Source of the DNA: an uncultured Christensenellaceae bacterium
GTDB lineage: Bacteria > Bacillota > Clostridia > Christensenellales > UBA3700
Direction: 5' to 3'
Assembly: GCA_910588545.1 (NCBI GenBank)
Contig: CAJUOU010000003.1
Location: 54,248 to 118,247, forward strand
DNA: 64,000 nt
The position numbers and the translations under genes are program-made. Below are positions 50,001-56,722 of this stretch, piece by piece (the first letter of the stretch is position 1; every line of letters begins with the position of its first letter). Below the pieces are notes generated by a model. The model did no database searches, was not told where the DNA came from, and saw nothing but the letters and a program-made list of their open reading frames with translations.

Positions 50001-50782
50001 GTTGTTATACCTTTTGCTTCGGGAATAAGTAATCTATTAATTTTTATTTCATTATTATTAATTTCCACTGCTTCGTATAGAAATTGCGGTCTTAATCCTA
50101 TAACATTTGATTCTATTAATATGTCATATTCTGCCTCTCCTTGTGGTGAATCATTAAAAATTTGCACACAATCACCTTGTGAAACATGTTGAATGATTTT
50201 TTTTGCAATTTCTTGATCACTTAAATCTAAATATTCAAGTCCATATTTTCGCCCTTTCTCATTATTAAATAAATCCATTTCTTTATCAACACCTTGCGAA
50301 TCATCTCCACTTTCATGTGCATCTGCATAAGTTTTAGCATCATCAACTCCCACATATTTAACCATTAATGCATTCCAATATGTATGTCTAAAAGCATCCC
50401 CATTATCCTTATAAAGACTTCCATCATAATAATATAGTGCTTCAGCTTTTGCTAACTTACTACACTCATATATTTGCAATGCAGCGCCTGGTTTTGTAAA
50501 TATAAATGTTTTTTCATCAGGCGAAAGATCTCCATAAAAATCATGAAATTTATCATATAAAGATTTTTCATCTTCAGTTTCATTATTATCTGTTTCATCA
50601 TTAATAGATTGCCTCTCTATTTGATTTACACTCAATTCACTAAACTTTGCTTTGTTGATATTAGCAAATTGCATAGTTTTTCCTATTAAAATTGTCCAAC
50701 TAAATATTGCAATAATCAAAATTGTTGGAATCAATAAAAACTTAAAAAGTTTTGAATTTTTAATTCTTTTATGTTTATCCAT
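47072..50782 (-). CDS. Giant surface protein: TM anchor, DUF6973-like domain, BspA-type LRRs, Listeria-Bacteroides repeats, Gly-rich/collagen-like C-terminus
   Basis: GDAFRHTYWNALM...DAHE...MDLFNNEKGRKYG block. More than 10 repeats of the IGxxAFxNCxxLxxI type. FCGWEYNG and FKGWFDKPIGG repeats. 14 uninterrupted G-X-Y triplets (GINGKNGNIGHKG...GRDGTT). Confidence 0.8.
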   Translation of the reverse strand: MDKHKRIKNSKLFKFLLIPTILIIAIFSWTILIGKTMQFANINKAKFSELSVNQIERQSINDETDNNETEDEKSLYDKFHDFYGDLSPDEKTFIFTKPGAALQIYECSKLAKAEALYYYDGSLYKDNGDAFRHTYWNALMVKYVGVDDAKTYADAHESGDDSQGVDKEMDLFNNEKGRKYGLEYLDLSDQEIAKKIIQHVSQGDCVQIFNDSPQGEAEYDILIESNVIGLRPQFLYEAVEINNNEIKINRLLIPEAKGITTIPDTIYEKNVTELGDYVFANNSIENLALSKNIKNIGIGTFENCTNLKSITNLNNVTHIGDYAFKNCTKLEALDDLGNLQNVGAEAFYNCSSINIGSAMDKLKNIGNSAFENCLGLTSINLPYLNNLGERAFAGCSNLNNVNLSANTSLNIITKCAFANTAITDFIIPYGVNSIEDDAFLGTMITNFKSNANYVWQDNILIKCNVTDTDKKVAIYANPVVSEITIPDKVTILNARLFKNNKNIRTINLNQVEFIGPETFTNSSLAYINNANNIIDCDITALLDTPWYSNNASKFVILGKVLLKYFGTERIVKIPDNIHRIGRDCFDNNVPTQIILSDKIDSIGVSAFKGATDLESIIFTSDIPPVLDGDCFDDKVILYVKEARLQEYQENICFVNLTNTLKAKELTINFYDINNNFIGSRTEYYGSKFDNYIVAPVITGKDFCGWEYNGTRLNVNDMIDFYDDISLLAKYETSKYQIIIGDNGGQEVFIEYGQTLDIAIPEIEGKIFKGWFDKPIGGNLIIDARKTWVWEDQIDSNTLYPQYDLIKYNITYNFRYADVVFDLPNEFTVDNPVFNTELATPQKFGYLFVKWSYNGNSFENTKEIFKDIELVVEWEGRVITASENLSITDRVAIVDFSNASSSMKYTININSSVKMITFIGNGYMTITAKINVLNRNGAILFGLKNIDIKAPTGGAVNAIDCESSAIYLTYFGSVTIKGGNGADGSGNGVAGANGGYGIKAKEVTLMAFNSDSKVYIYGGNGGNGSSGYNGENGKDGERPPRGSIFKPIKGDDGAPGKDGSAGGNGGNGGYAIYASNNIINVARGSNYYIKGGDGGNGGNGGNGGNGGKGADDVSGDWFTGTGDPGDGGKGGNGGTNGVAGSAAQGTNVETLTTDGGINGKNGNIGHKGTGGKGGNAGIIGNNGSDGKNGEYGRDGTTSVGPVGDQVSKPVAGQHQVEDSIVDLPSAYSNEFFDMFLN

Positions 50783-50792
50783 ATTTTATCTC

Positions 50793-51479
50793 CTATTTTG
50801 TTTCATTCTGCTTAAAATGAAAAATTAAATCTTCATTCCAACGAACTTCCAATAATTCATCTTTATAAAAATAAATTATTTGTTTTTTATCTGTTGTTTC
50901 ACTATTTAATATATTAATCTTACCATCTTCATCTTGGCTAAAGTCATATTTAACTCCACCAAACTCTACACCACCATCAACAATAAGCTCTATTGATATT
51001 TCGTTATTTGCCAATAAATCTTCTTCTACCAAATTATATGTGCCTTTGGGTATTCCATAATTTTCTAAAATCTTCAGTTTATCTTTCTTATAACGTAAAA
51101 TTACATGTGGATAATGGACTTCCAATATGTTTTTTTCATAAAAATATTTAATTAGTATTCTTTTTTCTACAGGTACATTTTTATTACCTAGACATACTTG
51201 TCCATCTTCGCCTTGATAAATATCAGATGAATAAGTATCAATGTAATTTTCAATAAATTCAATATCATTATCAATATAAATCACATCAAAAATGGCTTCG
51301 GCACTATCTATGTCTTCATCAATCAAACTATAATATCCAGTAGGAATACCAAATAATGACTCATTAGATGGTTTTCTTAAATAAACATCTATAAAAGCAC
51401 ACCCTGACAAAAGCATACTCATTGTCACAAGTAACAAAGATATAATTATTGGAACTATAACTATTTTTGTTTTTTTCAT
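50793..51479 (-). CDS. Lipoprotein with an internal tandem ~90-aa duplication
   Basis: Start at MKKTKIVIV (ATG 51479, GAGGAG RBS) and lipobox LLSGC. The two halves align (IPTGYYSLIDED...ILEVHYPHVILRYKK versus IPKGTYNLVEED...LLEVRWNEDLIFHFK). Confidence 0.65.
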   Translation of the reverse strand: MKKTKIVIVPIIISLLLVTMSMLLSGCAFIDVYLRKPSNESLFGIPTGYYSLIDEDIDSAEAIFDVIYIDNDIEFIENYIDTYSSDIYQGEDGQVCLGNKNVPVEKRILIKYFYEKNILEVHYPHVILRYKKDKLKILENYGIPKGTYNLVEEDLLANNEISIELIVDGGVEFGGVKYDFSQDEDGKINILNSETTDKKQIIYFYKDELLEVRWNEDLIFHFKQNETK

Positions 51480-51654
51480 CTTATTTCTCCTCATTTTTGC
51501 TAAGTTATAATTATTAAATAAATTATAACTCAAATATTTAAGTTGCTGCAAATTATTTTTTTTAATTTTCTATGTTTTCATATCCATCACTATCTCCTTT
51601 AAATAAAATATTTTATTTTTCTATTGAATAATTTTTATTGCTTAATAAATCACT

Positions 51655-51736
51655 TCCCTTTCTACTTTATATACGAATAACTTGGCAATTTTTATTCAAA
51701 AAAAAGAAGAATTTTTGAAAATCTCAAAAATTCTTC
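51655..51736 (-). promoter_or_regulatory. Repeated module: terminator plus TGAATA-N17-CGTATA promoter (copy upstream of the lipoprotein and giant-protein genes)
   Basis: Hairpin at 51706-51736. -35 is the complement of 51693-51698 and -10 the complement of 51670-51675. Confidence 0.6.
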
Positions 51737-51761
51737 TTTTTTCGTGATGTTTTAGCCGTTT

Positions 51762-52448
51762 TTATGCTAGTAATTTACTAATCTCTTCTTGCCAATCTGT
51801 TTCTCCTTCCAAATCAAAACAAATTCTGTACACATGACCTTTATAGCTAAATTTAGTAAAAGATTTATATAAATATATTTCTTCATCAAACTTTGTATTA
51901 TAATTTATTTTAACACCATTAATTATAATTTCACTAGATAGTGATTCATAGTTAGACAAAAATTCAAAAATATAATTATCTTTTAGTTCCACAAATAATT
52001 TAATTTGTTCATAAGTATCAAGCAAAATCACATCTTGACTCAATAAAACATCTTTTTCTCCATCCTTATAAATTTTAACCCTTTCTTCGATATTTTTATA
52101 ATTTTTAAAATACAACAAATCCAAATTTCTATCTTCATTATATTTTTCAACTGAACCATATTTATAAATATTATTTTCGGAATATGAATAATGAATTGGT
52201 GGCTCTAATGGATTGTTTGGTTTTGATAAAATTATACCAAGAAAAATACCAAAACTAATTATAATAAGCAAACAACAAATTGTTGCCGTAATGATTAATT
52301 GCTGTTTTCTATTATCAACTGCTTTTACTTCGCAGGCGTCATTCCAATGAGTTTCTTCCTTTGCTTTGTGCAAAATTTCATAGTTTATCTCTTGTTTATT
52401 GTCATCTTGCTTTTCCATAAGTTTTGCTAACTTTCTTTTTGTAAACAT
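51762..52448 (-). CDS. Single-pass membrane protein (possible anti-sigma/signalling partner)
   Basis: Start at MFTKRKL (ATG 52448, GGAG upstream, 1 nt after the upstream stop). One central TM helix (LIITATICCLLIIISFGIFLGIIL). No zf-HC2 motif. Confidence 0.55.
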   Translation of the reverse strand: MFTKRKLAKLMEKQDDNKQEINYEILHKAKEETHWNDACEVKAVDNRKQQLIITATICCLLIIISFGIFLGIILSKPNNPLEPPIHYSYSENNIYKYGSVEKYNEDRNLDLLYFKNYKNIEERVKIYKDGEKDVLLSQDVILLDTYEQIKLFVELKDNYIFEFLSNYESLSSEIIINGVKINYNTKFDEEIYLYKSFTKFSYKGHVYRICFDLEGETDWQEEISKLLA

Positions 52449-52449
52449 T

Positions 52450-53301
52450 TTAATATATCTCCACTCCAACAATATCATTAACTGCAGTTGTTCCCTCTAA
52501 CCATATATAGCCGGTAGGAAAATGTTCTAGTCCACTACTGACACTTAAATATGTATCCGTCCTAATTACGTTATTACCATTATAGTACCTAACTTTTTTT
52601 ATGCCATTTGCAATAAGTATATGATTAGCATTATACTCAGTGGTTGTCATAGTTAGGTTTGTATCCCCTATTTCCAAATTTGTTACTAAATTTGACATTG
52701 TAATAAACAATGCAACAGGTTTGCCATTTTTAAAACTATTAGCTATTGCATCATAATCAATCTTGCTACCTTGCCCATAGCCCCTATACGTTATATTATA
52801 TCCTTTATCAACCACATATTCATTCAAACCATTTTTAAATTGCTCTTCTGTTGCACCTGCTCCCGTTGTGTTAACTTTCATACGAAAATACAAGTCATTC
52901 ATAAGGTTTTGTATGTTTGAATCGATTGGCTTATAAACAATATTTCCACCTCTTTTTAAAAAAGAACTAAAATTCGGTATTATATTTTCCAATGTAATAT
53001 CATAATAACCAACAATAATTCCGCCTGCAACTGCTGCACAACCATTTTTCAATACAGAATCAGCATCATAATAATTTGGTGTCTTTGGCGACATTGTTGT
53101 ATCTATAAGCACTTCTTTTCTTGTATAATTCAAAGTCTCATTTCTAGTAGAAAATAAAGATGGTCGAATCTCTGAGTTATAATATATTTCTCCTGCTTCT
53201 TCTGCAAAAACTTCTAATGGCATAAATGTAAAACCCATTACAAAAGCAATCATAATTGCTACAATACTTAATGTTACTACATATAATTTTTTTGTGTTCA
53301 T
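52450..53301 (-). CDS. Secreted papain-fold cysteine peptidase-like protein (C10/C39-like)
   Basis: Signal peptide. Candidate catalytic Cys in KNGCAAVAGGIIVGYYD and His in NANHILIANG. This is recognition-level only. Confidence 0.45.
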   Translation of the reverse strand: MNTKKLYVVTLSIVAIMIAFVMGFTFMPLEVFAEEAGEIYYNSEIRPSLFSTRNETLNYTRKEVLIDTTMSPKTPNYYDADSVLKNGCAAVAGGIIVGYYDITLENIIPNFSSFLKRGGNIVYKPIDSNIQNLMNDLYFRMKVNTTGAGATEEQFKNGLNEYVVDKGYNITYRGYGQGSKIDYDAIANSFKNGKPVALFITMSNLVTNLEIGDTNLTMTTTEYNANHILIANGIKKVRYYNGNNVIRTDTYLSVSSGLEHFPTGYIWLEGTTAVNDIVGVEIY

Positions 53302-53319
53302 ATCCTAGCCTCCACTATA

Positions 53320-53348
53320 TATACGAACAACTTTGCAATTTTTATTCA
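53320..53348 (-). promoter_or_regulatory. Third copy of the TGAATA-N17-CGTATA promoter motif (upstream of the peptidase gene)
   Basis: -35 is the complement of 53343-53348 and overlaps the sigma gene stop codon. -10 is the complement of 53320-53325. GGAGG at 53309-53313 and ATG at 53301 leave an unusually short leader. Confidence 0.45.
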
Positions 53349-53870
53349 ATTTTGATAAAAATTTTTCATTTTTTTATAAATTCGTGTTCTTTGCGTATAT
53401 ATTGTAGCTATAGGGACATTATCCATTTCTGCTATTTCTTTAATTGTATATCCTTCCCAAAACATACGATATAACAATTCTTTTTCTTTATCATTTAGTA
53501 TTGACATTAATTCTTCAACAATTAGTGTTTTTAACGGCTGAAAACTTTTGTCTTCAATTTCATAATAACTATTACTTATATATTCTACTTTTATATCCTT
53601 TTTGTTTTCATCTATTGCTAAATTTTTTATGATTGTATACATCCAATTATATCCATTCTTTTTTATATCGAATCTACTTGCTTTCAACAAAATTTTTTTA
53701 TATAGTTCAAGCAAAACATCTTCAACACTATTCTTATTCTTCAAATAGTATTTTGCAATGCTTTCCATATTTTTATATGTATATTCAAACAATTTATCAA
53801 AAGCATGCTCATTTCCATTTGCAACCTGCTTGATATAATGATTTATTTTTTTATAATCTAATTGTTTCAA
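53346..53870 (-). CDS. Sigma-70 family (ECF-like, regions 2 and 4 only) RNA polymerase sigma factor
   Basis: Region 2-like AFDKLFEYTYKNMESIAKYYL...VEDVLLELYKKIL. Region 4 HTH LLYRMFWEGYTIKEIAEMDNVPIATIYTQRTRIYKKM. TTG start. Confidence 0.8.
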   Translation of the reverse strand: MKQLDYKKINHYIKQVANGNEHAFDKLFEYTYKNMESIAKYYLKNKNSVEDVLLELYKKILLKASRFDIKKNGYNWMYTIIKNLAIDENKKDIKVEYISNSYYEIEDKSFQPLKTLIVEELMSILNDKEKELLYRMFWEGYTIKEIAEMDNVPIATIYTQRTRIYKKMKNFYQN

Positions 53871-53910
53871 AAAATCTTATCCTTTGCCAAAGGCTATTAA
53901 ATATAAAAAT

Positions 53911-53939
53911 ATTATATCTTACTTGCCACAGTATGTCAA
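53911..53939 (-). promoter_or_regulatory. Consensus sigma-A promoter of the island sigma gene
   Basis: On the minus strand TTGACA (53934-53939)-17-TATAAT (53911-53916). It lies on the antisense strand of the tkt relic. Confidence 0.6.
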
Positions 53940-53993
53940 GATTTTGTTAAAAAAGCACAAGAAACTTACAACAGGAAACTTGAAAATATATAA
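53913..53993 (+). pseudogene. Relic 3' end of a second, diverged transketolase C-subunit gene
   Basis: 53937-53993 translates to QDFVKKAQETYNRKLENI-stop, against QDIVEKAQEAYKRKLSNM-stop for the real tkt end (43934-43990). Weaker similarity continues ~8 codons further upstream, and a stop at 53904-53906 closes the frame. Confidence 0.7.
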
Positions 53994-54064
53994 TTATAAA
54001 AAATAAAAACTACTGATTTAAACTCAGTAGTTTTTGTTTTACCCCCGATTTTCAATTAATTTTT
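53937..54064 (+). repeat. Right copy of island-flanking direct repeat (relic tkt end + second terminator copy + ACCCCCGATTTTCAATTAATTTTT)
   Basis: Same stem AAAAACTACTGA/TCAGTAGTTTTT as 44002-44038 with a different loop. Confidence 0.85.
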
Positions 54065-54160
54065 TTAAAACGCCTTTTAAATTTAAAATCATTTAAATAA
54101 CTTCTTTCATAGGTGTTGTTTTATTTTAGAGCATTGTAACTTTTAAGTTGCATTTAAAAA

Positions 54161-54401
54161 CTAATCAATGTCTAATGTTTCAATATCAAAAAGTGGGCTA
54201 TCAAAAAACTCGCTAACAGACATTTCTAAAGCTGTAAAATTGTAATTAAAGTTGTTAAATTTACACTTTTATATCTATTATAAATTAATGATGTAAAAGT
54301 ACCTTTTATAAGCCTGAAGATAATTGTAATTTATACAAAGAAATCCCCTTTTCTGCGACAATTTCTATAATTCTTTCACTTACTGCTTTTGCTATTGTCA
54401 T
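54161..54401 (-). pseudogene. Decayed XRE-family HTH gene (two compensating frameshifts)
   Basis: GGAG plus ATG at 54401. Reads MTIAKAVSERIIEIVAEKGISLYKLQLSSG, then the next frame gives LIKGTFTSLIYNRYKSVNLTTLITILQ, then the original frame gives ALEMSVSEFFDSPLFDIETLDID-stop. Confidence 0.6.
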
Positions 54402-54480
54402 ATCTGCTCCTATGTTTCGTGGTTATGTTTAACATAGTCATTTATAAATATAATGAATATTGATATTTTAAACCCTACAC

Positions 54481-54984
54481 TTATTTGTTAAGCATTGTAT
54501 CAATAGTTAAATATTTTAGTAGCAATTTTGCCATAAACTCATTGCTCTCGTTCATTCCACTTTCAACCCATCTATAAATTACTGCTAATATACCATTATT
54601 TATAAATGTTGTATCATATTCATCTACTTCAAAATTTGTGTACAAATATTGGTGGCTTAAACGCAATAATTCTTCATCTAAATTCATTTTATGCATAAGC
54701 ACAAATGCTTCGCTATTTACCCTAAAATATTCAAACAACTTTACAAAATTTTCAAACTCGTAACCAAGCTCCAAATTTAAACTACTGTGCCAATTTATAA
54801 TCAAATTATTTACTTTTTGTATTACAATATCTTCCTTAGATGAAAAATGTCTATAAAAAGTACTACGGTTATAGCCGGCCTTTTTGCATATTTGTTTGAT
54901 ATTTATCTCATTAATGTCACAGGAATTGCTTAAAGAAATCAAAGCATCGTAAAAACACTCCTGAGAAAAATTTTTTGTTGACAT
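54481..54984 (-). CDS. TetR/AcrR-family transcriptional regulator
   Basis: N-terminal HTH INIKQICKKAGYNRSTFYRHFSSKEDI. Divergent from 55175-57579. Confidence 0.85.
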   Translation of the reverse strand: MSTKNFSQECFYDALISLSNSCDINEINIKQICKKAGYNRSTFYRHFSSKEDIVIQKVNNLIINWHSSLNLELGYEFENFVKLFEYFRVNSEAFVLMHKMNLDEELLRLSHQYLYTNFEVDEYDTTFINNGILAVIYRWVESGMNESNEFMAKLLLKYLTIDTMLNK

Positions 54985-55174
54985 TAGCAACACACTCCCT
55001 TTATTTGTCGCAAAATATAACCAGCAAATGTATTTTTATAAATTGTACTATTGACTAAAAAAGTAATTTTATGATATTATTTACTCATAGGTATTTAGTT
55101 TTATTATAATTATTATATCATTTTTATAGCTAAATGTCAAAAATAACAAGTAAAATTTTTGCAAAGGAGAAATC

Positions 55175-56722
55175 ATGAAAATTGCCATGACAGGTGTTAG
55201 TGGTAATATGGGCAGTGAGGCGCTTAAACAAACGTTTGAACTGCCTAATGTGGAATTTATTCGCATTATATTACGAAACACGAACAAAAACCAAAAACTA
55301 GCAAAAAGATTAAAAAAACTTTATAAAAATAAAATAGATATAATTTTCAGCTCAATCGAAAATCAAGAGGCTTGCGAGCAGTTGGTCACTAATGTAGATT
55401 ATGTTTTGCACATGGCGGCAGTTATTCCGCCACTGTCCGACAACTCCCCTCAACGCAGTTATGACTGCAACAGGTGTGGTACAGTCGCTTTGGTTAACGC
55501 TATCAAAAAGCAAAACCCTATGGTAAAATACATACATATTTCTACCATTGCAGTATATGGTAACCGAAACGAAAAACACCCCTTTGGGCGTGTGGGAGAC
55601 CCGTTACTTATCAGTCCGTTCGATGCGTATGCAAAAGACAAGTTGTACGCAGAGAGATATGTTTTGGACGCACAACTTGAAAATTGGGTAGTACTTCGTC
55701 AAACGGCAATGCTACATCCTAACTTGTTTAAGGACAATATTGCCGATGGTTTAATGTTTCATACGGCATTAAATTCTCCGCTTGAATGGGTTACTGCACG
55801 AGACAGCGGTTATCTTATCAAAAACATTTTTTTAAGAGACAGTGCCAACGAAATATCCGACTTTTGGCATAAAATTTACAATATCGGCGGCGGCTATAAC
55901 GGCCGTTGTACCGGTTACGATACAATGAATGACGGATTTGGAATAATAGGCGGCAATATTGAAAAGTTTTTTAAGCCTTACCATTTTTCCGCACGCAACT
56001 TTCATGGCATTTGGATGTCAGACGGAGACAAATTGAACGAATTGTTCGGCTATCAACGTGACGGCGGACACAAACAATTTTGGCTTGATGTGGCAAAAGA
56101 CCACCCTATATTTGTTTTAGGTAAGATTGTCCCTAAATTTTTATTAAATTTATTTTTATTCAATCGCTTGATAAATGACGAAAACTCTCCTACTACTTGG
56201 GTTAAAAATAAAGATTTACCTAAAGTCAAAGCATATTTTAACGGCATGGATGCAGCAAAAAGCATTTCCGGTAATTGGAAAGACATAAAGTTGCTTTGCA
56301 AAAACGATTTTGGCGATTTTGACAAATTGCGTGCTGCGACTTCCGAAAATCTTTTGTCGCACGGATATGACGAAAGCAAAAAACTTTGCGAACTTACTCT
56401 TGAAGATTTACAAAAGGCAGCTGAGTTCCGCGGTGGCAAGTGCTTAGCGGATAAAAAGCCTGAAAATGAGTATATTAAAATAAAGTGGCAATGCTCGGAG
56501 GGACATGTATTTGAAAGTTCGATTTACACAGTACTAGGTGGTGGACATTGGTGCCCTGCTTGCACTATGCCGGAAAATCCAATTTGTTGGAGATTTGATA
56601 TATTAGCTAAAAAAAGTCCGTTTATTGCACAACTATGGTACGATTCACACGATAAAGACGAAGATTGTTTATACTTTATCGACGAGCAAGGCAATCAACA
56701 GATTAAAAAGGATACAATATGA
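55175..56722 (+). CDS. NAD-dependent epimerase/dehydratase (extended SDR) with ~190-aa C-terminal extension ending in a zinc-ribbon-like motif
   Basis: MKIAMTGVSGNMGSEAL Rossmann motif and YAKDK (YxxxK). C-terminal WQCSEGHVF...HWCPAC. AAAGGAG RBS. Confidence 0.75.
   Translation: MKIAMTGVSGNMGSEALKQTFELPNVEFIRIILRNTNKNQKLAKRLKKLYKNKIDIIFSSIENQEACEQLVTNVDYVLHMAAVIPPLSDNSPQRSYDCNRCGTVALVNAIKKQNPMVKYIHISTIAVYGNRNEKHPFGRVGDPLLISPFDAYAKDKLYAERYVLDAQLENWVVLRQTAMLHPNLFKDNIADGLMFHTALNSPLEWVTARDSGYLIKNIFLRDSANEISDFWHKIYNIGGGYNGRCTGYDTMNDGFGIIGGNIEKFFKPYHFSARNFHGIWMSDGDKLNELFGYQRDGGHKQFWLDVAKDHPIFVLGKIVPKFLLNLFLFNRLINDENSPTTWVKNKDLPKVKAYFNGMDAAKSISGNWKDIKLLCKNDFGDFDKLRAATSENLLSHGYDESKKLCELTLEDLQKAAEFRGGKCLADKKPENEYIKIKWQCSEGHVFESSIYTVLGGGHWCPACTMPENPICWRFDILAKKSPFIAQLWYDSHDKDEDCLYFIDEQGNQQIKKDTI

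Larger units (their letters stand above)
44063..53912. mobile_element. Putative integrated genomic island (~9.9 kb, no integrase retained) at the tkt 3' end
   Basis: Bounded by the direct repeats and by a relic tkt 3' end. Contains its own sigma factor, repeated cognate-looking promoters and accessory surface/export genes. Confidence 0.6.

Noticed and set aside
44063-53912. Impression that the island is more AT-rich than its flanks.
   Set aside because: My spot counts on single 60-nt lines gave 16/60, 20/60 and 23/60 G+C inside the island, against 28/60 (tkt) and 18/60 (SDR gene) outside. The ranges overlap, so I do not use composition as evidence. A proper windowed calculation is needed.
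55081-55287. 68-aa minus-strand ORF overlapping the SDR gene start and its promoter region.
   Set aside because: It has no RBS, overlaps a well-supported plus-strand gene start (AAAGGAG plus ATG at 55175) and gives a low-complexity product.
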